Assembly: GCA_000934665.2 (NCBI GenBank)
Contig: KZ538205.1
Span: 1 to 64,000, forward strand
Direction: 5' to 3'
From: Catajapyx aquilonaris
Lineage: Eukaryota
DNA length: 64,000 nucleotides
Under the pieces are notes generated by a model that had not been told where the DNA came from, did not search any database, and saw only the letters and a list, made by a program, of their open reading frames with translations. Of the stretch, positions 41,201-56,200 are shown in pieces. The translations under genes and the position numbers were made by a program. Each line of letters begins with the position of its first letter. The first letter of the stretch is position 1.

Positions 41201-44200
41201 GCATGCAAAATTAGGTCTTGCACAATTTACATTAGCAATGTGTATTTGAAACCCAAATAAGGGAAATGAGGAGGCGATTATACTCACACCAACCGATGAG
41301 GTAGTAAAGCACGAGGCTTTTTTGCTCAGCAAAAGCTGCAGCTATGAGGCGATGGAGATAAAACCCTTCACAAAACATCCACATGTAGTTTGTGATACGG
41401 AAGTACTTGGTGAGCATGAAGAGGAGCTTGCACCCGAATCCATTCTGCAAAAAGAGAGGAAAAAAAGAGAAGATAGAGCGACGCTCCGTCTCATGAGGGC
41501 TTACACAGTAAATCGATTCAGCTCTGGTTATCATATAGTATATCCTATATAAGTTACTTCATGCAGGGCTATATATGGAATCCTTCCAAACTCCTGCAAC
41601 ATCGTAGAAGTTTATATTCCGTAATTCTGAACAGTACATTTATACCATTCACAATGCTGTTGAAGCCATACCCTGCTTTTATGGAGTTGTTTTGTATACA
41701 AAACAACAGGCATAATATGATGTTGCAGTACCTTATGCATGAGTTTCCACTGGTATCGTGCAATCCGGATGAATTTGCTTCTAACCATGCATCCAGGCAT
41801 TATTAATTATGCCAGTAACATTTCTGAAAGCATGAATATGCAAACCTTCCTATGTACAGTACGTATTCTAATTTTACGCCACATTATGATTACGCGCAGG
41901 TTTTGAAAATTAGACTGTTGCATAGTGAAGTTGGCACCAAATCATTATGAGACTTGCACACCGCATCGCTGACTCGAATTTTTGCATGATTTTATTACGT
42001 TATGTAGTCACACTTTCTCTTAATTGATCGACAGACGTTTGGATCATGGTCAAAAACGCAACCTGACCTATTCCCACTCAATGTAGGTCACGCAGGGAAG
42101 TTTGGTGGGGAAAAAGGAAAACACTCGAAGCTAAATATACATAAGCCATAATTCTTTGCTTGCGGCAGTTGGGCTGCATATAATGCCAGGATTAACTTCG
42201 TGGGTAGTTCTCTCACGCTTGTTGCCGTCAGTGCTGGGTAAACACTTGCAGCTTTATCACCCTGCAGCAATGATTTACGATTCTATGCAACACGAAAGAA
42301 ACGCCCTCTAAAATTGCTCCTGCTTTTCTTTTTTCTCCCAACTATTATTATCATTTATTCGTGCTTCGTGGCTGTTACGAAAGAGTTCCTTTTTTCAGAT
42401 TTGTATAGAATTTTTGTTGTGTTACTTCCCCAGAAATGACACGAATTTTTCAGACATATTTTTTGTGGTAGTGTTGAAGAATGGGGACAAGGCAGACACA
42501 CTGCTGACAGTGCTGAAGTTGTAAGGGGCAAAATGTCTCACAAAACGTGCGTGCGACGAGGCATGGGAGAAACAGCAGGTTCAACAGGTGACAGCAGGAT
42601 CCCATTGCTATATAGCCTCAGCGTGTTGGTATTGATTGAGCCACGAGGGCCAACCCTCGGGTCTTGAGAAAAAAAAGCCATTGCGCGAAAAACTTCTCGT
42701 GTTTGTGTGAAGCCGAGTGAAAATAGAACTTTTCAAATTTTCATAAGGAGTCCGAGCAAAGTTTATATTGTGAGTTAAGGGCTGTTGTGTGAACATGAGC
42801 CATTGTTTACATACAGACTATCTCCAGAGTTACCTTTAATGATCATACAACTAGCCTCTTTTCGCTACTATCATAATTATATGGTACAATCAACCCTGAA
42901 TGTGTAGAGCATAATAAGTCCTCATCAGAAGTATACATCAATTTGACAAGCGATGTCTTCCACTACTATTTGTATTGAATTTAATATGCTACAGTACACC
43001 ATAAACCATTTTTATATAGAGAACATTACCTCATACCGCAGCCTAAAGGCGGGATTATGACCAGTGCCCAACTACTGTAGTCTTTGCTCATATCCACTTC
43101 AACATCACAATGTATCACATTATTAAATTAGCAGCGAGTCACAGAAACATCCATTAAAGTGCTTGGCACGGCCAGAATATACATTATATTTTGGTAGTGA
43201 AGAAGTGATGAAAGTGTCACTAAGAAAAGAACATGGATTAATTGTGTGCGGCGAGGCATACTCAAGGGATTATGGCATGTCAAAAGTGTTGCGAAAGTTT
43301 TAAAAACTGTGAACGGAAAACGGGAAGGTTGCGCAAATAAACAAGCTCTGCCTCTAGCTTTACAGTAACAAATTGCCCCCTTGGCGCTAATCATTTCAGC
43401 AGCTAGGAGCCTCTGGAGGAATTGTGGGTGCGGGTACTAGGTATTAGTGGTCCTGGATGAGGCGATGCTGCTATGAGTACGCGTGTATACGATCCATGGG
43501 ACGTTAGAAAACTTCATATTTATTTATTGCGTTCAGCCTTTATCCTGACTTTCATAAACCTCACCCTTGGGGCCAATGCAGGTAAACATGACTCGTGTTC
43601 CACAAAAGCAGTAAACAGCAGGAGGACTTGTAATTAAATTTTTATTATTGAACTTTATTGTATTTCATCGAACTTTTATTTTGAAAAGTTATGAAGGCTA
43701 ATCCTCCCAATTTCTTCCCATGTAGCTTACTCGAACAATATGAGTAAAACTGTAAAGAATGCTGTTACGTTCCAGTTACCACCTGTGCTCAGTGTATCTG
43801 TATAACCATTATTCATCATGCACATTTGAATCCACGCAGTTCCTTATCATATTTTGCAGTGAGAGCAATTGTAGCGACGCCGATAACACGTGTACGTTTT
43901 ATCAATTCAATACTTTCAGCATGAACTAGCCTAACAGTTCATGCTGAAAGCACTGAATTGATAAAACGTACTCGTGTGGCCTGAGGCTATTAACTTGTGA
44001 TGTAGTTAGTTAGCAGCATTACAATATGCAGTAAACTGGCCGAGAATCGTACTGTACAGGAGTCACATGCTCTGTTTCATTTCAGAGAAATTTTGACATG
44101 CTAGAATGAGAAACTCTTTGGCAGAATTAATTATGATGTATCAAACAAAAAATAGCTGCTCTGTCGATGATACTTGAAACCAACAAAAGTAAAGCAAGGG

Positions 44201-47200
44201 AAGGCTAAGGTTTCTAATTCCAGGACACTGTGCATTTATCCAAATAAAAATGAAAGGCCCACATAACCCTCCTTGATTTAATTAGTCATAATTAGAAGCT
44301 GGGCGCGATTTTTGAAGACACTTGCATATACCGTGCTTTTCAGGCTGACACAAGCTATCACTAAAACTAGGCTAGCAAGGCACACATGTACACGCCGAGA
44401 TTTCTGGTATAGGACATGGCGGCCATAGAGTGCGCATTAAATGCAAAGAGGCACCTTCATTATCCTTTTTGAATGATATCACGCAACTAAGATGCCCCTT
44501 AGAACCCCCGGACAGCTCACGCTCGGGGGGGTCATTAACTTTATTTATAGAGCTCATGAAAAGCAGCTTAAGGACCGAGACAACAAGCGGTGGACGATGC
44601 AGCCTCATTTTGCTACCTACGATAGTACGGAAATTGGCAAGAAGTCGAGTCTCCCTAAATAAATAAACGTGATCTAAAGCTGTTTGCCAGCCTCAATAAA
44701 AGCCTTTCTACGCTATGCTTCGCTTGTTTGTGCGTCTGGTTGACTGAGTTATAAGTTCAAGAAATTTTTGATCCACCCTTTGCCTCGAAAAAAAAACATT
44801 GAAGAAGTGAAATGGAGCAATGGCTCAAGTTCCTGTCTGAGTGCGTGTAAATTGTGCGAATCGGGAGTGCTTTACGAGCCTGTTCTGAATTTCATATTAA
44901 GAGGACTCCACAAAACCTTCACGTGTTTCATTCATCACTGCCGCACGGAGGTTACAAGGGGGAGACCGCGACTTGATTATGATGTAGAAGAGGAGCTGCT
45001 CAGTGAACTGAGGCAAGAATATAAGGAGGAAGATGCGCCATAAAGGATTTCCTTCTACTGATTACATGGGGAAAGTCGTGGCCATCATGTCCCCGAGATT
45101 GCCTTTGCATAAAATTAGTCATTTAGAAGGGATATTACCCTTAATGGACAGACATGATTTACGTTCTCCTGGAAGGACACTTTCTTGCTCGTTTTTTAAG
45201 GAGTCCAGAGTGGCTTAAAAACAGGCATTAAGCATAATTGAGTTGGCCATTATTATTTGAAAGAGGTTGTTGCGAAGGTCGTGCACAGTAATTTATACAC
45301 AGCCTGACCCGTGCGTCATCCGTTTTCGGTTGGTGAACTGTTGGTTTATAAGCAACAAAGTTATATGACGCAGTACTGTACTCAGAGACGAGTCTTTTGA
45401 GAGAGTGAAGTTACCCATGACAAATGACCTGGCAGTGATAAGATACTTATATAAACCTGGTAATGGGATTACTCTCAAACGCCATTAACATGACATTAGC
45501 TGTAAAGGGCCATCTTAATGTTTTCAATATTACGATAAGGTCCCCACAATGAGACTGCTGCTATAATGGTACTGAATAATTTTAAGGGTTTTAAAGAACC
45601 CCAGGCAGTTTGAAATGACGCAATAAGAGCAAATGAATTACAGCGGATTCAATCTATTGTATAAACTGTGCTCTAACTGCTCAATATAATCTGACCTAAC
45701 CATCAACCACAATAATCTCTCACTACATATAGCGATTACGAAAAGATGCTTTAAACCCCTCGTTAGTGTATGTTCCTTTGTCTACTTGTCCAAAGCAATA
45801 TAACGAGCCGTGCATGCAGAAAATGCGCAGAAATTAATAACTGAGAGGTTGGTAGTGCATTTGCTTCAGGAAATCACGACAAAGCTAAAAAGAATTTCGA
45901 ACCTACTAAATATTTGTATTACATTTCTGCATGAGGATAAAAGAGCCGCAGGAAAGGAAATATAAGTAAAAAAGAGAATAAAAAAGATAAAAGAGAACGG
46001 AGCTGAAGGCAACATTTTAATGAAGAGACGAAACGCATTTAAAGTTCTTGGCATTCAAACGTTTCGGGCATTTTGTAATTTCCATTCAGTTACTGGTATA
46101 CAGTGGGAACCGGAAATGTTCTTCAATATGTAACTTTCATCTTCTTACTCATGCTTATGTGGTAGGTACTCGGCTTATCTCTGATACAGGTTTACTTGCT
46201 AGAAACATTACTCTCTGGTACAGCCGGCCAATTAAGCGTGTATTTAAAGTATTTTTTCCGAGGGTACCGCTTAAACAGTTTCATTTGCGAGGTTTCGCCA
46301 TGAAATCACTGCTGTATTTCGCCTGCTTTGTACTCCACTTTCATCGGCACAAATGGCTCTCCTATACTCAGAAACGTAATTACCGAATAGGCCTAACAAC
46401 ATCTCAGGAAAACCCCACAAAACAGAGCCGGCTACAAATATGAGAAAAGGCATGAAGTTGGGTACTTTCATCAAAAGGCACGTTATTGTTGGCATTACCA
46501 CATGAAGAGAAGGGAGGTCCTGAGGGGAAATTACACGCCCAATGCTCCAAACAGGATAATAAGCCTCTGCGATATGGGCTATCTCCGTCCTTCCCAGCCT
46601 CCTAGTCAGTCGCAAATCCCCTAGTAGACTTAATACGTTATCGAGAAGGATGAACCAGAGAAGGATGAGCTTCTTTCCTTCTTATTTTTATCGGCATCTT
46701 CTTCAAGCGTCTTCGGCCTGCGTCTAATTTTCTTTTTCCTCGAGCTTCGACGGCTCTCACTTAAGACGTGAGGTGTCAGAAAAAGAGGGGAGAGAACCTC
46801 AAGTCAATGAGAGGATGCTGAGAGGACCAAAAAATGTGCGTCTCACTGTAAGATCGATATTATACTGTGGCAATGCCCAAAGTTTTGAGGGAAGGCATAG
46901 GCTTTTGTTGGAGAACTTTTGTGATCTGACTGCTGGAGGAGAAATTGCATGCATTATTCTCTTCTGTAAGGAGCATTTCGCATGTCCTTCTAAACTTCAG
47001 GAAGGTCACTTTGACATAAATGGAGAGGTTAGAATCAAGATCAAAACGCAGCCATATTCAAGTAGGGGATAGGGCGAAAGATGCACTTTATTCTGAATTA
47101 TTAGGTCATACAGTGTGTCCAGAACAAATAGTTTGAGTGATAATCAGCTGAAAGATGCTTGTGGATGTTATTTTGTCAGGTCATTGCAACGTAAAAAAGT

Positions 47201-50200
47201 GGGAAGTTTGGACGGCAAATGAAGTGTGATTTTTGAATGGCTGTCATTTCGACCTGTGCGGTGGCAGATAATAAGGCTTAAAACGGCATTGTTTCATGAA
47301 TGAGGCTGCCCATTTGCCAGTATAAGCTCTCACTGTGGTGACAGATTGACAGCGGGATTGTATCTCACGCCTGGAATGTACGGCGCTTTGCAACGCAAAT
47401 GAAGCTCATTGGTTACGAGCCTTACAGGATGAGTGGGGGAACACATTTTCGGTTTTCCATCACGCTGCCACTTTTTTTCCATAACAAAAGCCAAGAAGTC
47501 AAATCATGAATACTCACCTCGTTTGTAATTGAAGTATGTGGTCCCACCTGAAGATCTTGGAGAATGACGATGCTCTGGAAGCATATCACCACGATGCAGT
47601 TGAACAATATTGACACGAACAAATTCTTGTGCATTATGATCCGGTGTGCTCTCAATTGCCTGAGAAAGTAAATACACGTAAACTGTGAAATCACATCGTA
47701 GTATGAAAAATTATAATTGCTATTAGCATTGTACATTGGACCGTCATACACAGTACCTGCTTACTTCCTTTTTAATTACGAAAAAGTGACACCGTGTTAT
47801 ACTTTCGTAATAGGGTTGTTGCTTGTCTTTTGCTTCTTATTAAATGCTGGGACAACATCGGCTCGTTAATTAACTTTGCAACTATGCAGCACGTGTACAT
47901 AACAAATGGGCCTGCCGCTGGGTCGATTATTATTATACTCGTGCAATATAGCAAAACTGCAGGCCTCTTCGCTGCCAAGTCGCGATAGACGTTGAGTGGT
48001 TGGTGGCCATAATCTCCGGCGAATTCCCTGAGGTCCACGGATGCTTTAGCTGTGCTCGTTCGTTAGTTTTTTTTAGCCTTCTAATATTAATTTCAGCCGA
48101 ATTCCCGGCCGGGAAGCCTTGTGGCTGATTTGGACTCTCATTAATATTTACACACATAACAAGTGTTCTATATATTGAGTAATGTTTCCCATAGGCCTTT
48201 ACAGTACAGGAAGAGTTTATTGAGGAAAATCTGGATTCCGTCAGTGTATAACAATATTTAAAGAGACTACTGGGCAATCCCTGGCACGGTAGGTTTGCTT
48301 AGGGACACATCTTCGGAGCAATTCAGGCAATGTGCTGGGGAAATGTAGCGTAGACAACACTAAGCGGCTATAAAAAGTAATAAAGCAACAGAATCCGCCA
48401 AGGAATATGCCAGACCTTCAATATTGGCTGAATAATAGCTTGCTAACTAGATAATCACATCGGAGGAATCCCATTAATAGTAGGTCTTTAAACTGTCAAT
48501 AACTAGCGCAAGGAGTGAAAGTATTTGCCGTGCAAAAGCGACACCAGCTTTCACTGAAATCTCTTGAAGCCAACAAGAACAGGGTGTGATTAACGTCGCC
48601 ACAGGTTTGAAATTCCACACCAAACGCGACCTCCTCTTTCTCTTATTCTATTATTGCACAGTCTCAAGGTGCCTGTTGCTGAATTTCTCGAGCCGAAACC
48701 TTATACGACGCTCTTGACGTGTTAACTCGTACAATATTGCTTCCGGGCGTGACTGCAATATTTCGAGACGTAAATGCGGACAAAAGTGAAATTGTGTCCA
48801 GCAGCCATTGATTGCGTTTGGTGTCTTCTTAATGGAGGTAGCTAACCTTATAGGGATAGGCCCAATAAGAAGGTTCACTGCCTCAGAAATTTTGATTACT
48901 CGATATGTTTTCTTAAGGATTATAATATCAAGTCGAGCAGATTACTCACTTGTAGCTGAAGAATATTATGAGGGCAGGAATTAGTGCGACTATGGATATG
49001 GCGTAAGCAGCTAGGTGAACATATGTCCTCTTCCTCTTCAGGTCCACCACTTGGCATGAGGTGTAGTTTGACCACTCTTTGCCGGTGCTCGTGACGAACC
49101 ACGATCCGCTCCCATGGCACACTTTTGTTGCGTAACCTATCAAAGAGAGGGAGAGAGAGAGAGAGAGTGCGTTCCCTAATAAATAATTAAGAGACTCATT
49201 TCCTGCTGTCTGCCCACTTGCTTGTTGTTGTGCTCCGCAAGGGAAAAGCTCGAAAACCGAAATAAAGGATTTTACTGTTGGCAGTAAAGGTTAGAAGAGC
49301 AGAAGCCCTCATTTAATCATTGTAAGTTTACAAGCCGTATAACTAAGGTACGTTGCTCTAAGAAGTCCATTAGGTCTAGTAGCATTTCGAGAGCCGTAAA
49401 ATAAGCCGTAACAATTTCCAAAGACATGCCAGGATCTGTGATCTCTATTGAGAGCTGTAGCAACATTGTAGTACTCTCTAGAGCAGGATTCCTGCTACAT
49501 TCCTATTGGCTAACAGGGTCTCACTTAATCACATGATGAGAAACATTTTAGATAAACCAGCAGAGTTTTAGTCTAATTTATGAACCGCCCCTAATCATGT
49601 AGGTCTAGCACAAGCGGATCAAGCCAGTTGGAGGCATGAACTTGGTATGCTGTGTACTGCCCTTGGTGGCTGCATGACTCAGTTCGGTAAGAGAGCCTCG
49701 GCGCCCAACTTTCATGCTAATATTTACCATGAATCTCCTTCCTGAGAGTAAGCGTGTCCTAGCGAGCGAAGGATGAACAGGCAACCCAATTACCTAGTTA
49801 GATCCCAGGGTAACTTTGAGCTGACGCGCGGCTAAGATTCTTCGTGCATGTACTTAATGCACGGATTCATTTCGATGGGATTAGCGCAGAATGATTAAAA
49901 CAAACGACTTTGAAACCCGGGGTGCTGATTGAACTTGCATGGAAAACTTGGACTCTTTGCAAAGTCGTGTCGGAAATAATTACTAGGACGGAGGTGAAAA
50001 CTTTGGACGGGGGGATACAGGCGCCACGTTTAATATCTTTTTAAATTTTACTTGTTGCAGTAATTGGCGCTTACAAAGAAGAAGAGAGGCAGCTGGAAGG
50101 TCTTTGAGATGTAATTCCGAAGCGATTTGTGCCTTATTGGAAGAGAGTTACGACTGGTATGCCATGTCATTTGTGATCTAAATTCTTGTAGAAGAATATC

Positions 50201-53200
50201 TGAAGCTGACATGTTTTGCCTGCTGGAGGAGTCCTACGAATGTAGTTGTAAATCTAATAATTTTGGGAGTCAAGATACGATTAGTAAAGTGATATTGATC
50301 AAGTCAAATTTTCTTGCTAAGTAAGTTCTCTAACCCATAATCCTCTCACCTTTGTATACTTATGAGTTATGACTTCAGGGAGGTTATATATTTTGCAAGC
50401 ATGTAGACAATGAATTGCACAGTATATAACATACTGTAGTAGTACGGCTTGTTAGCTGGGAAAAAAGGAAGTTACAGTCCCTTCCGGAGGAAAGCATGAA
50501 ACTTGGCATGCACTTAGCTTTCATGTGTACGCTTCAATTTGGATGTGGGAACACGTCGAGAAATCATTGTTTCCCGCCAAATTTTTCGAAATTCAAAATG
50601 GCGGCTATAACAAGCGTAACTTTGCTGCAGACATAATCAGTTGACACTGCGAGGTAATATAGGTGTCCACATATATGTTTTAGAGTACTAGGAATCCATT
50701 TCAATTATCAGGACAGCATCTGGATAAAAAGATATACTTATTTTTAAAGCAATCGGAATTATTTACGCAAGGTATACAGCCAAGTATCTACACGAGATAT
50801 ACTGACGTATAATTAACTACCTGTTGTGAAAACAGGTGACCTTGCCCTTTCCCAAGAGTTCTATAGTGATTAAGAACAATTCTTAGTAAGGCATATTAAT
50901 CCATTCATCATGTACTGGCAGTGACATTGTGAGTAACGGCAACTACTGTTGGGGACAGCTGCATCTCCCAAGTTGCAGTTGAATAATTTATTCAGGGTGG
51001 GCAATGAGCAGAACAATGTCTCTCATCAAAACCGATCAAAGTGAGAGGGTTTTCCTTTATAACCTTGGTTGAGTGCTAACTCTTGTAGATTATAGCGCCA
51101 GGGTACGTTTTTTCGGAACTTTATATACATACATGTACAGTATAAGTAGCTCTACATACTGCATACAAAGTCTTGCCAGTGTACATTATTCTGCCCTAAT
51201 ACCCTGTGGGAGCTGAGGATGTCAGATATTTTCATGGATAGTAGAAGGTAATCGTCTTGGATAGCAATTACTTACATTATTTAAGCAATCTTTAAGCCAC
51301 TTGATGTTCTTTGCGACGGTAGGAATTTTGGACGATCGATCATGAATGACGTAGGTTTTGTTGGATGGTAAGCTGAAAATGCCACCATATTCCGTCATCA
51401 CTCGGATTTGTACCAAAGGCATCCACGTCACTGCAGGATCAGTTTTTGCAACTTCAACTCCCTCGCCCACAAACACTTCCATTATCATCAATCTGGCTGA
51501 GCATCATACAGTATTTTCCGCGGTGCTTCTCTTCAGCACTTCCATTGACGATTCGTATAGTTGTGTATAATTTTGTATGTTACGAAGTAGAGCGTGTATA
51601 TGCAAACGAAGCCTTGCATTTCAATTTTCATAAGTTGTAATGATTACTGTAATGACAATCTCCACATTTGCTGCCGAGTAGGTTTAGATCGATTTTGTAG
51701 TAGGATGATAAGAATGACTAGCGAAACATTACGCTAATAAATCTCTCTTTGAGAGCTACATAATAATTATTTGCTCGAAAATTTTTGCGCCGTATGCAAA
51801 GAGAACTGGCAGTAAAAGCTAGGCGGGTTATAGGCAGAACGAAAGGACTTTTAGCAATATTTCCTACGTTTGTGCCTGCATGACTGATCTCAACTTTTGA
51901 TATCACGGGCGAGCTTTTTTCAAAATTAGTTCCAAACAGTGTTTGTGGTGCGTAAGTAAATCTCAAATGAAAAATGTTGGCCACTGTTAGATCAACGTTG
52001 GAAAATAACGAGTGTAAATCGTGCAGTTGACTGATTTGAGGCTATGTTACACGAAAATCGGTACAGTTCAGACTATGTCGCCATTTTCTTTACTTGGCGT
52101 TTGGCCAAAGCACCGTTCGCCTAGCCCCATTCTAAAGGCCTTTTCCTTTTTCTAATACATTATCGAAGATCCTGCTGGGGAGCTGGTCAAAATGTGGGAA
52201 ATCCTTCATCCTGCCGGACGTGAAAAATGGTATTGACACTAGGATAATACCCGGCCTTTCTGCCTTTCGTATTTGTCTAACATTACGTCCTCAGCTGTCC
52301 CATCAATGGCCGGCGCGGGGTGTCCTCTCGGCACGTTCTTCGGGCTCCAATGTACCAAGAGCAATCTGACAAGAGTGCGAAAGCGGGACAAGAATTGCCA
52401 GCGAAAGGTTGACACTTTCTTGTTGTCAACAAGGAAGAATTTAACGCTCTGTCAGTATAAGAGCCCGCCTTCAGTTACGAAGTGAGGAAGTAGAATTTGA
52501 GGCCAAACGCATTGCGGAATTCCCCCTACGCCCGTCAAGGTCTTAGGAGGACCTCTTTTTATTTCGCAAGGACTCTTGTTCTCTGGAGCATCAGAATTGA
52601 TGTTAGAGGCTGATTGGTAGGAAAAGACGACGAAGTGAGAGAAGGAAAAACACTGTCGCTCTAGCAAATAAAACTGTGCAGTTAACGTGTCGATGTGACC
52701 TACATGTATGAATAGTAAGTAAATAAAATTGCTCTACAAGATTTTGAGGCAAGATACTTACGCTTACATGACGGTGGTTCTTGGTATATGTAACTCGGGC
52801 ATTCTGCAAGGGCTACTGAACCGGCTTCTGTAGTATCCCAGCATTGCCAGGCATCCCATGTCGCCGGGCACATTCCTTCCTGTGCTGTAAAGAAAAATAA
52901 AACTGACATCAACGATACACTCAAATGTTTTCCTACAGAGTACCAGACGGTTGTTGCCACAAACAACCCATTTTATGGGATAGTGCAACAGCGAAGTTCA
53001 ATAAAAAAGACCTGAAATTCCTCAGAGCAATCAAAGCTACGATTTTGTCAATTTAGTTAGATCTTGCTCAAAATATAGTCCTTGACGGACATACTTCTGA
53101 TATCTAAGTCACAGTTTGCTAATGCAGAAATTACAGTCCTATAGAGATATGCTTGAAAAAAAAAAGATCCTGAAATAGGTCTCCTACATATTATTGGAAT

Positions 53201-56200
53201 GATTGATCGTCGTGCATTTTTTGTCTTCAACTGAGAAGTAGGACAAAATGTAATTAGATTCTCTAGTAGTCGAACGTCAAAAACCGAGCTCTGCTAGAAC
53301 AGAAATATTAACGTGCAGTAAACTTCGAGATAATAACCGATCATAAAACGAAAATAGTATTTGTTATTCAGTGACCAATTTGCAATCAACAACATACGTG
53401 TAACAACATACACGTATTTGAAATGTTTTAAATGTATACTACGTATGTGTTTCACACCAGTGCGCAATATTCAAATCATTTCCCACCATGGTGCGTTACA
53501 AAATTAAAAGGTAATAGTGGGACACCGAATTTTTACAAAAAAATTATCTATAGACGTGCCCCTCATCACTGCCAGCGCACGACAAACTTTTAGTGCCGAT
53601 TTAAATATTTTAGTTGCTTTTGCCCGGCGACAGAAGAATTATCGTGTGACACTAACCTGACATCTGCTTTACTGAAAGCAAAGAGAGCATGACTGTGCAC
53701 TTGAACTACACCATTCGTTTGATGTAAAACGAGTCAACTATTTCCCGTTCAGTGCAAATTTTAATGCAAGCGGCTCATATGCTCTGCGATAATGAAGTAA
53801 TCAAATATGTGCATCATGCTGTTGTACCTGGTCCCGGAACAGTTAATTTGGCTACGATAAGTGGCGAATCGGGACACGCCAGGGAGTGAAATGCAAAGGA
53901 AGGGTTGTCGAATCACCGAGGACTTTGCGCCAGGCTTCATTCTCAAGCTGCTAATAACATTTGCGGATTTCTTTGAGGCACTCTCTGACGCTTCTCGACC
54001 TGAGTGCCGAAGAGACTATTAATTATGACCTATATATTTGAACGAGAGAGGCATCGTGGCTAATGGTGAGGTCCCTCATTCCGGGGGCCAGATGCTGTAA
54101 ATGAGGATCTACTTTATCCCCCCAAAAAATGTATGAAATCATGGGAGCTTTTTTTACGACATAATTTTGGTGGCTTCGGTGTGTCGCTTGGACGGTCCTT
54201 TTGCAGCTGAGCAGGAGTAATTTCAGCAGGAAAATGGCGGCCTTCTGGCTTGATGAACTTGAGTTCTCTCCCTTACTCCTTCCACCTCATGTCAGAAGCA
54301 GGCTAATGGAAGGGGGCATCAGCATGAACAAGGCTGAAAGTTGGCCAGGGTATATATACATAATAAGTGGTCTCCAGCAGCTAGGTATTAGCAATGAGGC
54401 CTTCAGCCGCACATAAAGTCGTGCCTTATTGGCTTGATTCGGATCTCAAAACAAGTATAAAAATATTATTTTGCACAATATCGTCTTGAATAATGCTGTA
54501 CTTTGTCGGAAAGTTATACTTGCGAGCACATTTCTGATCATGGGACTTAGGACTGTCAAACTCCGGTGGAGGTATACTTTAATATCAGGCTCTACTTTGT
54601 TCCCAATTTGACGCGGCTTGAACTCTATAATGAACGAAGGAGATTCCCTATACTCGTCAGGGAAATGTGACGCTTCGTCGCGGGACCATTCTCATTTCAA
54701 ATCTCATCCTAGAAAGTAGCTCGTCTGTGGACCTTAGTGGAATATCAAAGGCAGGAAATGGTTATAACTAGTGCCGCGAAATTGAAGGTGCGATCAGAAT
54801 TCATTCGACCTTTCCATACACAGGTTGCAATTAGGCTCCGGATGTCTGGAAACAGATTCGTAAATTATTTTGCGTCGTCTAATTATTTTTGAGCAATATC
54901 CTTTGAAGCGGTGTATCTGACCGGATATAACGCGATCCGGCATGTTGCGGGAGTAATACGCTCACCTGCTGCATGTGCAGTCATATAACGAGTGCTTTGC
55001 ATGGGTTCAGTTCTGTCAACTCAATAGCGGTTGCCTCGATTGATACTGAACATATATATAAATTTAATGATTAACAGGCGACTGCCTTATGGCGGCCTAT
55101 TGAAGGCTGCAAAAACCTCCAAACGATATCGACTGGCATGTTCTATATTTGACATGTTTTGGACCCTTTTTGCCATCCTGCAACTCAACGTGCTCCAGCC
55201 TTTGACAGGAAAAAGCGAATGCTTCTATAATATACGATGCATGGTTTATGCAATTACTGGGTACTCATAGACAGTGCTATAATAAAAGTGAAATGCCTGT
55301 AGCATTACGATGTACTATAGCGAATGTACACAGCAGTAGGCTTGAAAAGTTTTAAAATGTTAGAGGGCATATTATATCAGACTATACATCATGGGACATC
55401 AAACGATCTATGTGCATCATAACGCCGCATCGCGCAGGATACAATGCGCATTAAAATTTAAGCTTTGTTGTCTGCTTACATCTACAATACGGGTGCATAT
55501 GGCACATTGTAGGTTCGGGATTACTGAAGATATACTCACCAACGTGTGTGAGCATACAGTATATGAAAAGAAACTCCAATGTTATTAAATTAAGCACCTG
55601 GGAAAAATAGTGATTATAGTCCTGTACATGCATGTACAGTACATACAGTAATCCTTGCAACGAAGCATCTTTCTGTCTGCAGCTTTAAACATGAGCCCGA
55701 GTTCTCATGCAAAATCAGTTATTTTTAGCTTTACCGTGCATAGTGTAGGGCTAAAGATTTCATTTCTGGTCGTAGATCGATGTGACCATAAAGTCTATGA
55801 ACGTATAAATTAACGAAGTAAGTTTAAAACTCTTCTAATACATATAAAGAGCATTATTGAACCACTGGCGGTTTTGTGACTAGCTCTGCTTGCATAACTT
55901 ATAAGCAAAGTTGAACCTTCGTGGCTTTGAAACTATACTCTCACAGCAGCCGCCACTCGATTTGCAATTTTAATGGCAGGGAATCATGATTATCACTCCA
56001 CGATCATCAGCTCATTGATCACACCGTCCGTGCAGAATATACTCTTGAGCTAGCGTTATACGCAGCAACCGTCTGACTATCATACCACATTATGACTGAG
56101 TCACATTGCAGTAATCTCACTTAAAGAGAGTCAAAATCAGCATCTCATTACAGCGTGACAACTTTAGCGATGAGAATCTAGTGAGGTATCACTTTTTTAC

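Noticed and set aside
50480..50720. Transposon-like motifs (GAAACTTGGCATG, AAATTCAAAATGGCGG)
   Set aside because: They suggest a decayed repeat, but no termini, TSD or second copy could be defined.
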